From the NCBI RefSeq assembly GCF_006345805.1, contig NC_042998.1, positions 88,908,001 through 88,972,000 of the forward strand: 64,000 nt of DNA, given 5' to 3'. The stretch's first letter is position 1; the number at the start of each line of letters is the position of its first letter. The DNA comes from Octopus sinensis (Eukaryota). A program made the translations under genes and the position numbers. Below the pieces are notes generated by a model. It did not search any database, had not been told where the DNA came from, and was given only the letters and a program-made list of their open reading frames with translations. Positions 40,365-53,900 of the stretch are shown in pieces.

Positions 40365-40727
40365 GTATGACATTCTTGTCAATGATAGTGCCTCAAAAAA
40401 AAAAAGCACTTGGTACATTATAAAGGGATTAGCAGATGTGTGGAGACATTGTAGGGTCCTGGAGGACACTTTAGTCTTGTCTTTAAGAGAGCATAGTTCC
40501 CTCTCTAGTGCTGGTGTTATGAAAAAAATGCACTTGCATACTCACTGACAAGTAGTTGGCATTATGAAGGGCATCCATCCAAATGAAAACTAACGAAAAG
40601 AATCATGGTTTCCTAGCCACACTTGCAAGAGTAATAAGCCAAATGTTAACTGACTCAAACTGAGATGACTTGTCCAGTCCTTGTCAACATGGAAAGTGAA
40701 TGTAAAATTATGATGATAATGATGATG

Positions 40728-41025
40728 AGGCACATGGCCTAGTGGTTAGAGCAGCAGTCAAGGGATTGCAGGTTCGAATCTCAGACTGAGCGATGTGTGT
40801 GTTTATGAGCAAAACACCTAAGGTCCACATGGCTCCGGCAGACGGTAATGGCAAACTTCTGCTGACACTTTCGCCACAAATTTCTCTCACTCTTTCCTCC
40901 TGCATCTAGCTGCTCACTTGTGACTGACTAGCATCCCTTCCAAGTGGGGAACCTATATGCCAATGAAATTGGGAAACCAGCCCTTAAGAGCCAGGTATGG
41001 CTCGAGAAAGAACAAACAAAACAAC
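40728..41025 (+). mobile_element. tRNA-derived SINE, near full length
   Basis: A box in ggcacatggcctagtggttag, B box in ggttcgaatctc, ends in (aac)n. Confidence 0.75.
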
Positions 41026-43002
41026 AAAAACGATGATGATGATAATGATGATAGAGAGTTTGATGGCAGCAGGAAAGTCTGTTACTTCTGTACTAGTAAT
41101 CTGAGGAATGGCACAGGATTTACTAGATTCTGATCTGACTTCTTATAGCTCAGTTTTTCATGCTTTCTAAATTCAAAATATTTTTTCTTAGCAGTTCTTT
41201 TTTGTCATTTTCTTTTTATTATTATAACATAATTATGCATTTTCAGAGATTTGAAGCATTTCCTTTTATTTTTCTGATGACAAATGTTCTAAATATTTCC
41301 AATGGTGAAGTTGGCAGATATTTGAATAATGCACATATAACATCTCTTGCTAGAGAGCACATAGAATGAAATGGATCAGCCAGCTCTCCTTAAATCTTGC
41401 ATATAATATTATGTAAGATCGACACAGATGTTGTGTGGCTGATATATACCCATCTCATGACAGTAAGGAACTGCAAATTTTGTCCAAATTTCTTAGGTCA
41501 ACTGTGCTATATATGAATATTGCAAAAAATATAAAAAATATTCTGAAACTGATGTACTGGTTTTATTTTTATCCCATGCTAGCATGGAAAGCGGACGCTA
41601 AACGAAGATGATGATTTAATTTACTATTGATTGGTTAAATTTTACGTATAAAATATTGATTGTCTTTTTTCTTATTACAAACTTTTATTTATCTTAAATG
41701 TTAATTTAAATGTCAAAATGTTTGTTACATTGTTATACAGTCTGTAAAGCTTGCTTAAATGTTTTTGTGAAAATATAATGATGAGGATAATGATGACGGT
41801 GATGATGATTTATAAAGGTGATGACAGGGTGACAAAAATCTGGCAAAGGGCGTGTGTATGTGGTGGGGTTTACGTAGAATCAGATGATAAAAAAAATATG
41901 AAGTATAAGTATATGGTATATAGCATTAAAAAATATATATGATGTAACTCTCCTGAAAAAGAGGGACCTCTAGAGCCAGTCAATGAGTCCTGTCATGCAA
42001 GATCTTCAACACTTAGGGTTAGTACCCTCTTCAGTTGTTGGTTTCTTATACTTTGAGTGGTCCATTCACTTGTGCCACTCTCAACCACTTTTCAGTAAAT
42101 TTATCTGAGGACAGCACTTCTCTCTTCACTTTTCTTTTTTCTTGTAGTGGCACTATGGTATTTTCTTCCTCTTGACCCACCTGATGACAGTTTGCCATGT
42201 TTTGGTTTGATTGTCTCTCTCCTTATCCTTTGCCAAGAAATCAGAGAGTAATAGTGAAAGTTGATTGAATCAGGTGTTTGTATCACTTCTTTCAGCATTA
42301 GTGTTGATGATGGTGCTGGTTTGGAGAGCTGAGCACACTTGCGAGACTTTCTCTTTGAGAGGTGGTTGTTGTAAACTTCTTCAATACTTTGACAGTGGCT
42401 TATTGCTGTTGCAGTTGGTGTTGATGTGGTTGTAGTGTTGGCAGCAACATTTGTGCCATCATTATAATTTTACCAGCACTTGCCATTTGAAAAATTGGAC
42501 TTAAAAAATCAGCAGCACAAATTCCAGACCAAAATACAATTAGCCTCTTCTGAAAGGGGAGTTGTATAATGAAACTACACGCATCCAGACCCAATAGATC
42601 TTATTCAGTACTCTTCTATACCATAATTTTTCAAATATTCAAAAGGGTCAATATTTAGTGAAAATTCTCAGAATCAAAGGTGACTATGTTTTTCCAGAGT
42701 GCTAGCCATAGTAGTTATCATAATAATAATAATAATAACAATAATAAAAATAATAATCCTTTCTATTATAGGCACAAGGCCTGAAATTTTGGGGAAAGGG
42801 GCTGGTTGATTAACCAATCCCAGTAGCCAACTGGTACTTATTTTATCGATTCCTGAAGGATGAAAGGCAAAGTTGACCTCAGTAGAATTAGAACTGAGAA
42901 TATAAAGATGGACAAAATGCTGTTATGCATTTTGCCCAATGTGCTAATGATTCTGTCATCTTGTCACCTTAATCATGATAATGACAATGATAATAAGTAG
43001 TA

Positions 43003-43230
43003 GAGCGAATCTCAAAAAAGTTGACAAAATTGAGAAATATCATGACTGGGCCTGAATGGTTAAGAAATTGAGGAACTAATGAGTGAAGATTGTCCCTGTA
43101 GTAATTGGTGCACTTGGCACAGCTGCCCAAAAGGCAAATGAATACTGGAATTGAGACTTATTGCCAAAATGCAGAAAAGTGTCATTTTGTATTCTGTAAG
43201 ATTCCTAAGAATGGTTATTAAGATTTGAAG
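43003..43230 (+). mobile_element. R4/Dong-clade endonuclease-end remnant
   Basis: KIEKYHD...VKIVPVVIGALGT...MQKSVILYSVRFLRMVIKI* matches the K..KY.DL/VPVVIGALG RLE terminal motifs. Confidence 0.7.
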
Positions 43231-44124
43231 AAACTTATCACCATATTTCAGGATTATCCTTGCTAATTAAATTAGCATGCAATAACTCTTTGATAATAAT
43301 AATAATAGTTGTGGTGGTGGTAGTCGACACTGTTGTTGCTTTCTTTTTCATTTTTTCTTTTGCAACAGCAGAATTTGACTGTTCCAGCTTGAATGTCATC
43401 ACTTCTTTTACAGAGATGCTGTAGATGTAGGATTCTGAATACTGAATAAGTTATTAATGTGTAACTTCAATAAATTTTAACAGCTATCTACTTTGGAATG
43501 TTACTTTAAGGAGGAAGAATGTAACACAGCTAAAATATTTGTTACCTGAAATTTTGAGGGTCCATTCAGACCTAAAATCTCAAACTGATATTTCATCTCT
43601 TTTCTTGATACAAATCAATTTAACATATAAACATTTAACTGTTTTGAAAAATGCTGTCTTAAATGGTGGAGCACTGGATTAACTGCTTACTTTTGTTCTC
43701 CTCCATTTTTACATTATGTCTCATGGGGTTGCGATTTGCTTTTCATTTTTCTGCGATCTACAAAATAAGCAGTTGACATTACTATATGTAAAAAAGATTA
43801 TGTAGCCTTGTCAAAGGAAGAAATCAAATTGCTGTAATTTTATTTGGCAGAGATAGCTTTATTACAGAGTTTTTCAGGGTGTTTACTCTTTTCCTTGTTT
43901 GAATCATTGGACAGCGGCCATGCTGGTGCATTTCCTTGAAAGATTTTACCTGTCAAATTGACCTCAGCACTTATTTTTAATTCTGGTTATTAATTCAGTT
44001 AGTCTCTTTTTGCTAAGTTATGGGAATTTAATAAAACTAACACTGGTTATCAAGCAGTGAAAGACAAACACAAAGGCACACAGATATAAGCACACAGAGA
44101 AACATTTATACATATTATCTTTTA

Positions 44125-44475
44125 CTTGTTTCAATCATTAGACTGCAACCACTCTGGGGTATAGCCTTGAAGAATTTGAAGTTGAATGAAATGACCCCAG
44201 TAAAGCCTGCTACTTATTTTATTGGTATCTTTTGCCAAACCACTATGTTACTGGAACGAAAACACACCAACTCTGGTTGTCAAGGGTGGTGCTGGTGGTG
44301 GTGATGAGGACAAATACACACACACACACGTGGGCTTTTTTCAGTTTCCATCTCCCAATTCCTCTCAGAAAGTTCTGGTTGGCCTGAGGCTATAGTATAA
44401 AATATTTGCCCAAGGTGCCAAGCTGTGGGGTTGAACCTAGAACCATGTGGTTCAGTAGCAAACTCCTTCCCCCCC
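44125..44475 (-). mobile_element. tRNA-derived SINE with internal (CA)n, contiguous copy
   Basis: Body (ttttacttgtttcaatcatt...gacaaatac), (ca)n and head (ttcagtttccatct...aaccatgtgg) are contiguous here; serves as the reference for the split copy around the RTE. Confidence 0.7.
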
Positions 44476-46876
44476 ACACAACAAACTTCCACACAGTTTC
44501 CATCTACCTAATTCATTTACAAAACATTGGTTGACCAGGCGTTATTGCAGAAGACACTTGTCCAAAGTGCTTTACAGTATGAGTGAACCTAAAACTGCAA
44601 GGTCGAGAATTTAACTTCCCAACCACACAGTCATGCCTATGCCCCTGCTGAAAACACCAGTGGTGCATTTTTTTTTTATCTATAAATGTAATATATTCTC
44701 CCTATATGGAGTTTTAATGATAAATATGTTTACTTTATGTTATTTATATAAATAATAAATAATAAAATATTTTATTTGAATCAGTGAGCCTAAGGAATAT
44801 AACCAAGATTTGGACTTCTCGTTTTGACATATCTGCATAAAAATGATTTAATATATTGTTGTGATGTTATTTGTCTAAAGATGTTTAGCTAGATGCTAAG
44901 ATGCTTTGGTAAGATACTTCAGTCGGATTCATTGATAAAATAATAATACTTGGAGGAAAGCTGACTGCTCTCTTTGAAATAATTATATGACTACAACTAG
45001 TATTTGTGTTAAAGGCCATTGATTTTGTAAGTCTCACTACTGATCACCCTACTTCCCTTTACCTTTTTAAAAATAAATGCCTCTAAAATAACAAATTTAT
45101 ATTATTAGAAGCACCGGCAAGGATGTGAGGCGTAGGCATGGGTGACAGGTATAAGACATGACTTTGTGGGTAAGAAGTTTGGTTCCCAACCATGTGGCTT
45201 TGAGTTCAGTCGCCTTGTGCAGTACTTTGGGCAAGTGTTCTCCACTATAGGCTTGGACCAACCAAAACATTATAAGTGGATTTGGTTGACAGAAATAGAA
45301 GAAGTCTGCCGTGTGTGTGTGATATGCATCACTGTGATGGTTGTAAATAACTTCATATAAGCAGTGTTATTGTTTTCAAATCTTCTCTGGAAATCATGCC
45401 TGGCCATTGAAAGTTATTACCTTGCTTGGAAACAAGTGTGGCTGATGACAAGGAGGGCATGTAGCTGTAGAAATCTGCCTCAGCAAATTGTCTGAAAGGT
45501 GGATATGCAAGAAAAATGTAAAAAAGGAAAAGAAAACAGAGCTATTTCATCCTGCTGGAATCAATAAGTACAACTGTAGTACTACTGGTGATATAATTGA
45601 CTAACATCATCACCCACTAATTTCTATCCCTGTGCCTATATTAGAAATGATTGTTACAGAATTATTCTGCTTGTTTGGTGAGTGTAGGGAAATCTTTTGA
45701 TTTTGTACCAAAGTTTGACTTGATGACTCATTCATGTGGATGTTTTTTGGCCTTCAACTCAGTTGGCCTAAAATATATTAACATTTGCATAAGGTATAAA
45801 TTGTTGCCTGGAATTTGTTTCTTTGCTTTTGTTGAATCAGTCAGTTACTGATCCAGTAATTATTAAATCCTGAAAATCCCACAGTGTTGTGTTGTACTAC
45901 AAAATAACAAGACACTTTACTTGTTTTGATCAAGTGTTGAAAATTGAGTAAATGGCTTTGATGGGTAACATTGGCTATCAAGTAAAGGAGACAACTTTGA
46001 ACACTTATGTATTATTAGGCTTCATCAGAAATATCACCTACTCTTTATGATTTGGCTGATGAAGTCTAATAAGGCAAAAGTATATCTCCTGCTTGCTTGG
46101 CAAAATACTTAATATTTTCTTAATCACCATGTTTAACCTTACTGTGGATATTCATGTTACTGTAAATATTAGAAACTATCAAATTTGGTGAGCTGTTAGA
46201 ATCATCAGCTTACAGTATTTCTTCTGTTCTCAGTTCAAACTTGGCATAATTCAACATCATATTTCATCCTTTTGGTTGGTAGAGTAGAATCCTGTCAACT
46301 ACCTGTCCCTACTAAACTTCAGACCTTGTGCATATTCAAAATAATTATTTTAATATATCATCAGTATTTTTCATAATTAAACCACCATTAAAAGATGTTT
46401 GGTTTGTTTGTAATGTCTGCAGTAAATTGATAATATAAATAATATAATAACTAATAATTGATTTTATTTTGTGACATTCATACCTTTCCAAGTAACATTT
46501 CCATGTGCAAAGTCATTTCAAGATATATACTAAATTTGGCAACAATTTAGCATCACATCAACACATTTGTTAATTATGAATAAAATAATGATTTTTCACA
46601 GCATTATAGCAACATATGTGAATTGAAACGGCTTTAACTACAACTTGAAACCTTGTCACCAAGGTTACATGAGAGTATGTTCTGGCAGCCCATCACCACC
46701 ATTTTATCTTCCTTCTAGGTACTCTTATTCACTCTCAAATAATGAGGTGTAACCATGTATTTCCTCAATGACAAGACATTTTTGCTCATCCTTCCATCAT
46801 ACTTAAACTTCAACACTTGACCCCCTTCTTTCTGAAATATACTCCCAAGCAATCAGGGAGGTTTTTTTTCCTGTAT

Positions 46877-46907
<31 letters not shown>

Positions 46908-47299
46908 TTTGTGTGTGTGTTGCAAGTTATTTGGTAACCTCACTAGTGCTGGTGGCAGGGAAAAAAAAGCACCCAGTACACTCTGTAAAGTGGTTGGCAT
47001 TAGGAAGGTGTCCAATTGTAGAAACAATGACAAAGCCAACATTGGTGTCTAAATAATGATGATGACGACAACAACGATGGCAATGACAAGTGCTTATATG
47101 CTAAAATAACAATAACCAAAATATTTAGACATTTCAATTAATAAAAATTAAATGTCTAAATATATTTTCATCAAAAATAACAGTAGAATCATGAACCATG
47201 ATGATAATTCAAAAACAACTGTAGATTGGTCTGGGTGCACAAAATGTATTGAAGCCCAAGAGAATGGTGCTCGATATATTATTGTGTGTGTGTGTGTAA

Positions 47300-47600
47300 T
47301 GTGAATTTACATAAGGCCAGTGTATCATGTAAAAAGAGCTGGGCATTGCAGATGTTGGCCAATGCATACAGGAAATGGGGTCACATTCTTACAGATATAT
47401 AATGCAAAACGAAATATGTATAATGTGTACAAGAAAATGCTGTGTGTTGAGAGAGGAGTGGTGAAGCTTGACCATAGAATGTTGGATCTCAGAGATTATC
47501 GGACCTAACAGATGAGATGACATAGATTGTGACATATCAAGGAAGGGCACATTGGAGTCATGTCCAACACATACTAACAGCATGAGTTGGAACTATCTTC
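47300..47600 (+). mobile_element. RTE 3' remnant
   Basis: Decayed version of the LGIxxIRCxxQERRLxWxGH...VVKxD.R.L end seen at 58070-58280. Confidence 0.5.
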
Positions 47601-49274
47601 ATTGCAGATGTTAAAATGATAATGTGAATCATGCTGACGTTGATTCCCACTTTAGTCTTGTTATTTTTCTATATCTTGTACTTTGTGTGTGTATGTGTGT
47701 GTGTACATGTACGCACACTCTCATACACATTAATCATATATGTCATAAAAAATACTTGTTGCCAATTCCTCAGTGAATTGTAAAAGGCTTGCTATCCACT
47801 CCAATATAATCAATTATACACAGGAAACCAATGTAAATTTCAGGTTAGCTCAGAAGCATTTACTACCTAGTTTTCAACATAGGTCAATGCTGTACTGGGA
47901 TGTATTAGTCTGCCTTCTTACAGACCACGTGTAAACAGCTGAGGTTATGACCAACACAGGAGATCAATGAATAAATGAACAGTTACTGGAATGATAATAA
48001 TAAAAACAACAATAATAATGATATTGGAAAGAGAAATTAACAATGAATTTTAGTTCAGTTTCCAGGTTGTTCCTACAATTTTTATTTTCCTTTGTTTTAA
48101 TTTTTTTTCCTGTACATAAGCGTAGGTATAGCTGTGTTATGAAATTTGTTTGCAGCCATGTGGTTTGAAATTTAGTTGTCCTTCTTCTGCATGGCACTAC
48201 AGATGGTCTTCAAATAGCATCCCTTGGGTCAACCAGTGTTTATGAGTGAAATCAGTTGAGGGGAACTTGCAAAGATGCACATCATATATTACATGTGTGT
48301 GTGTGTATGAGAGAGAGAGACAGACAGACAGGCAGAGAAAGCATGTATTTAATGAATGCCAGTCCAGTTGTTATCATTGGCACTGCCCGAGCAAAAAAAC
48401 AATGGGATTGTTTACTAATTCCAGTGAACAAATACTTTCTAGTTTAGCAGATGTGTGGTGATTGGTGAAATACCTCACTTTAAAAACAAGGGCTGGCAAC
48501 ACCAAGAACATCCAGCTCTCAAAATCTGCCTCAGTAAAGTTTTGAACATAAAAATGATGACAATGGTTAAATGAACATAAAAGCATGAAAACAATGATGT
48601 GTGTGTGTGTGTGTGTGAGATCATTTAATGTCCATCCTCCATGCAGTTATTAGTCAGACTGCTCAACAGGATTTGATGAGCTAGAAGACTATCAAACTCC
48701 AGTGTCTGCTTTGGCAGAATTTCTACAGCCTTTCTAAAGCCAACTATTTTACATGTACTGGGTGCTTTTTTCATTGCACTGGCACTTTTGAGGCCACAAT
48801 GTGTGTGTGTGTGTGTGCTTATCTCTTTTAATATATCTCTGTGACAGGTGTGATATGAAACTACACAAAGTGTATAAATCTGGATGTATGTGAGATTACA
48901 ATTTAGTGTAGTGTTTCTGAAGATGAGACACACTCCATCCACTAGTACATGGCATTATGTTGGTGGGGAATGAGACCTCAGTATGGAGTATAAGTACGGA
49001 ACAAGTAAATAAAACTTGCAATCAACCTTTAATTAAAACTTCTTTTGAATATAAATATATATACACTATACTAGCTTTGTCTGTTCAAGGTGGGGGTGTA
49101 CATTCTTCATGGAAGATTGAAGCGGGACATCAGAAAAAATGGTTGATAAGCACTGATTTCATTTTTGTTGGCTGATACTAAATTTTATGTCTGTGTATGT
49201 ATCCTAGTGAAATATAATAATTCAAATTACTCTGTATGTTTCAAGTTTTTTTTTTTTTTCTTCTTTTTCCTCAG

Positions 49275-49370
49275 GCAGGAAATACTGACCTATGTGATGC
49301 AGTGTTACAATGCAGATATTGCTTCCATGTCTCCTCAGTCACATCAGTCCCTCTGTGACACATGTCAAAG
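49275..49370 (+). CDS. HYCC1: Hyccin (FAM126A/B ortholog, PI4KIIIalpha complex subunit), internal exon, 96 bp, phase 2-2
   Basis: Long polypyrimidine tract + cctcag acceptor; AG|gtatgt donor. Encodes (R)QEILTYVMQCYNADIASMSPQSHQSLCDTCQ(R), versus recalled human FAM126A [33 protein letters not shown], with the same length. Confidence 0.9.
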
Positions 49371-50765
49371 GTATGTCATTACTGAAACAGTTGTTTCCTA
49401 ATCTCATTGATCAGATATAAAAAAAAAATATTTAAAAAAAATCCATAGCTTCATTCAAAAGTGAGTTGGACTTTGTAGCATATTTTTTCACTAATTGTTT
49501 TAGATACCCATGTAGTTGCAGCTAGACATAGCCATCTTCCCAGCCCTCACAGTCTTTACCCCAGCAGATATCAAAGTTGTGGGAGCTGGAGGTGGGAGGT
49601 CTGCCCCAGCCCTTGGCTACTATTCATTTTCATTGAGTAGATTAGTGCAGTGTGAGATGAAGTGCCTTACTCAAGGGTACCATGCTCCACCCAGTCTAGG
49701 AATGGAACCTTATAATCTTATGGTCATGAGCTAACATCCTATACTTTAAATACATGCCTTCACTTGAACATTAATAATGATGAGAGATCTATTAGGTATG
49801 CATTTTGAAATGGGCTCTCCCCTCACTACTCACTTTGTTCTGTGATGCAAGTTTAATTATTATTTGTATTTCATATAAAATACATCAGGTGGGATATTGG
49901 CATGATTGTTAAAGTGTTGAACAAAATGCTTTGGCTGTCTACATTCTGAGTTCAAATCCTGTTGAAATCAACTTCGCAATTTATCTCTCTGGAGTTGATA
50001 GAATAAAGTACCATACACGTACTAGAGTTAATGGTATCTATTTACACATCTCGAAATTGCTAACTTTCTGCCTAAATTTGAAAAAATTACTTTAAAGCTT
50101 AATAATATAAGTCCCAATTGTTAATAAACTTGTCATCATCATCATAATCTAATGTCTGTCTTCCATGCTGGCATGGCTTGGATGGTTTGACTAGAGCTGG
50201 CCAGCTGGAGAGCTGCTCAGGCTCCAATTGTCTGTTTTGGCATGGTTTCTACAGCTGAATGCCCTTCCTGACTCTAACCACTTTACAGAGTGTAATGGTT
50301 GCTTTTTATGTGGTCCCACCATGGCTGATTTCTATGTGGCACTAGCACAGGTGCTTTATACATGGGTGCTTTTATGTGGCATCAACATGGGTGCTTTAAT
50401 GTTTGATGTTCCTGACAAGGGTCTTTTGTAAACTGAAATAGAGAGTCTTGAATTAAAAATTAACTTTTACTCTATTACCAGAGTAAGAAGGTGATCTGAT
50501 AGAATAGTGTTCTGGTAGAATTACGTTCTGATTCCAAATTCTGCCAAGGTCAGCTTTGCCTTTCATTCTTTTGGGGTTGATAAAATAAGTATCAGTTGAA
50601 CACAGGAGCCAGTGTAATTGACTTAACCCCTCCCCTCAAAATTGCTGGCCTTGTGCCAAAATCTAGAAGAATTTTCTGATCCGAATATAAAGTATTGCCA
50701 GTGTGTCATTTTAATTATCATGACCAACTACACTGATATATGTTGTTTTTGAATTTCTCTTTCAG

Positions 50766-50969
50766 GATTGCAACGAACGGCTTCAGTAGATTAAGCTTCC
50801 CAGATACTGATAAGATTGATGGAAGCATGATAAGCAGCTGTGCGAAATCTTCAGACAGTTTCAATACAAAATCCGACTTGAAGAACAGCAGTGTTCACAG
50901 TCCGGAAGTTCGAATACCTGTTTCATCTCCGCTGCTTATAGAGATGCTCACCGGGGTCTACTTTACGAT
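50766..50969 (+). CDS. HYCC1: Hyccin (FAM126A/B ortholog), next internal exon, 204 bp, phase 2-2
   Basis: tttctctttcag acceptor and AT|gtgagt donor; in frame with the previous exon. Encodes IATNGFSR...PEVRIPVSSPLLIEMLTGVYFT, versus recalled human ICVCGYPR...[20 protein letters not shown]. The other two frames have stops. Confidence 0.92.
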
Positions 50970-53900
50970 GTGAGTACTTGATGTCCCTGACTCATGCCAG
51001 CACTGTAAGAACCCCTAGATGCTTGTCATAGAGTGGCAGTTTTGTCTTTTTAACATGTCATTCTTCAACAATGATGTCAAGGTGTTGGATGACACAGCGT
51101 ATCAAATATAACACTAGAGAGTTATTGAAAGTTTTGTATTTGTGCCTGGTATGCATTGCATTATAAGAGACACATGCACACAAGTAGAACTTCCTCATAA
51201 TCATTTCATCCTAAGTGGGGTGTCTGTCTTTGTATAAGTGGTTGTGTGAGTGATTGCATGTTTGTGAGTGATTATGTGTGTATTAATGTCATAAAAGATT
51301 AATACTGATAAAACAAAGAATTGACTAATAGTTGTTACGAATGACAAAATTTTTGTTCATAAATAATCCTTGTGTGTGTGTGTGCATGTGTGTGTATATT
51401 TGTATATGATGTATATAAGACACTTTCTAAATTAATTGTAGTATGAAAGGGGTGTGTGCTATCTAATTCCATTTTTTAGTAAATAAATGAACACAATTAA
51501 GTGACAGAATTGACTTTTGGGGGAAGATATTTCAAAGTTAAAGAAACAATTATCGTTATAAAACTCATTTTGTGTCCCAGTAAATATGTTACAATTAAAT
51601 ATAGATTATTTCTGTAACAAACACTGTGTTCTGATAGAGCTCATCATAGTCACCGTTTACTATGATTCTCTTTCAACTGAGTTTCAGTACAGTTACTACA
51701 TATTTGGCATTCTATAGTAAATAGATATGAATGTCTAATATTCAATGTAATTATACTGTTAGTTAGTCATGTCCAGAGGTATTTCTCTCAATGGTTATTA
51801 ACTGCAGGCGATCTTTTCATGTTATTTTAAATATTAACAGAATTTCAAGAAGAAATTTCATTGAGAAATCCTAATCATGTTTTATTTCTGTTTTTTTTTT
51901 TTTAATATTTCTTTCATTATATTTCATATAATCCCAAATTGTATTTTTTACTTGTTCTTTTGCTCCCTTTGTATCTTTTATTTTTTATATTTGTATTTAT
52001 CTGAACTTTTTTATGTAGATTTTTTTTCAAACCTCCCAGCAAATTTCAATTCACTACTTTCTCTGCTTCTAACATCAAGCTCCCCTGCCACTGTCACTTT
52101 AATCCTCCACCCCTCTGTCTGCACTTCCCTTAATAATCACCCTCTCCCCACCAATGACTATCACTTTGTTTTCCCACCCTGTGTCTGCTCCTCCCCCAAT
52201 ATTTTCCTCTCCCTCTTTCCTGCTGTCCCCACTTTTCTATTCTGTTCATTTTAAAAATAGCTGGTTTATTGTTCCACCTCCAGAGATGTGGTTGTCAGCA
52301 TTGTGACTGAAGACTGACCTAAATAATTGAGAAGGAACTATGTTGATTTTCATCCAGCCCTGGGCCATGATTCATTGTGGGGGAAGGTCTTTTATTTATT
52401 TATTTTTTGTTTGCTTTGTTTTATGTTTATTTCTCCTCATTGTCTTCTAACTTAAAAAGGACCAGAAAGAGTGTGGCAGCTGCTAATACTGATCCCTTTC
52501 CTTCATCACATGAATCTCCCTTAATAGTGCTAACTCCAACCCCTGTGTAGTGTTTCACTACTATAAAACTACAAAGCTTTTATTGTATAAAATTTTAATA
52601 ATCATTATAGAAGCAATAGATAATAATCTACTGAAACTGTATGCTGCATTTCACTAATAATTACAGACCAAATACTGAGTGTTTAACTTGTCTTAAAATA
52701 TCTGATTCTGAGCTGATAAAACTCATAAATAAACACAACACTGTTGGAAATAGCAGCAAGATCTTATTCAAATCACACCATACAAAATATTTAAAAAGAA
52801 AAAAAAAAAAAACAGAAGGAATCAATATGACTCAAGATATACTTTTTAATTTTTTACTTGTTTCAGTCATTGGGCTGTGGCCATACTGGGGCACTACCTT
52901 AAAAGGGTTAGTCAAACAAATCAACTCCTTTACTTAAATTTTTTTTTAAGCCTGGTGTGGATTTGGTAAACAGAAACTGAAAAAGTCCTCTCTGTGTGTA
53001 TGAATAAATGTGTGTGTGTGTGTGTAGTGTTTGATGTCTCTATCAGTCTCTTTTGACAATCTGCTAAGTTACAGATATAAACAGATCAACACCAGCTGTT
53101 AAGTGATAGTGGTGGAAGGACAAACATACACAAAAACACACACACACATATATGTGTGTGTGTGTGTGTGTATATTCAGAAAAAGGAAGCTTTCAGAATT
53201 TTGGATTATTTTTTATTAGCACTTTCATTCATTTAACCAAGTTCAAGAAAAATGGAACCAAAATAATTATTTTTGTTCAATTTTTCTTGAAGAATTCGGT
53301 TAAATGAATGAAAGCACTAATAAAGTATTAGCCAAAATTCTGACTGCCCTCTTGTTTTTAATATACAATAACTGTACACCACTTCAAACACTACACACAC
53401 ACACATTTATTCACATACACAGAGAGGATTTTTTCAGTTTCTGTTTATCAAATCCACACACTAGGTCTAAGGCTATAATGAAAGACACTTGCCCAAGGTG
53501 TTACACAGTGGGACTGAACTCAGAACCATGTGGTTGGGAGGTGATCTTCTTATCACACTGCCATGCCTGCACCTATATCTGATATAAAATGAATGGATGT
53601 TCATGACTGGGATGCTTTTTTATGGGTTTGATTGATCAAGGCTGATGCAGGGCTAAACGAGAAAAATCTCAATGTAAAATGTAGATGTAACACACGGCTT
53701 TTATAAATTTGTTTATCCTAGTACATAGCAAGTAGGAGAGGTCAAGTCCCTTAAGATATAATTCTATGTTTCTATCTTTCATCATCATCATCATTTAATG
53801 TCCATTCTTCCATGCTTGCATGGGTCAGTTGGAATCCATTGAAGTAGATTTTTATGGCTGGATGCCCTTCCTGTTATCAGTCCCTCCCCTGTTTCCAAGC

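Noticed and set aside
42101-42469. 122-codon stop-free minus-strand frame (NYNDGTNVAA...SAVLR*)
   Set aside because: No recognisable domain or splice signals. A rough estimate suggests a few frames this long are expected by chance in six frames of 64 kb; BLASTx would settle it.
43369-43450. Strong-looking acceptor (ttttcttttgcaacag) followed by EFDCSSLNVITSFYRD
   Set aside because: All frames hit a stop without a convincing donor, and the FYR match to hyccin is too short.
49275-49400. Possible exon-intron pairing (aggaaatactg with cagttgtttcct) as an editing-complementary sequence
   Set aside because: Only about 11 imperfect bp; too weak to call.
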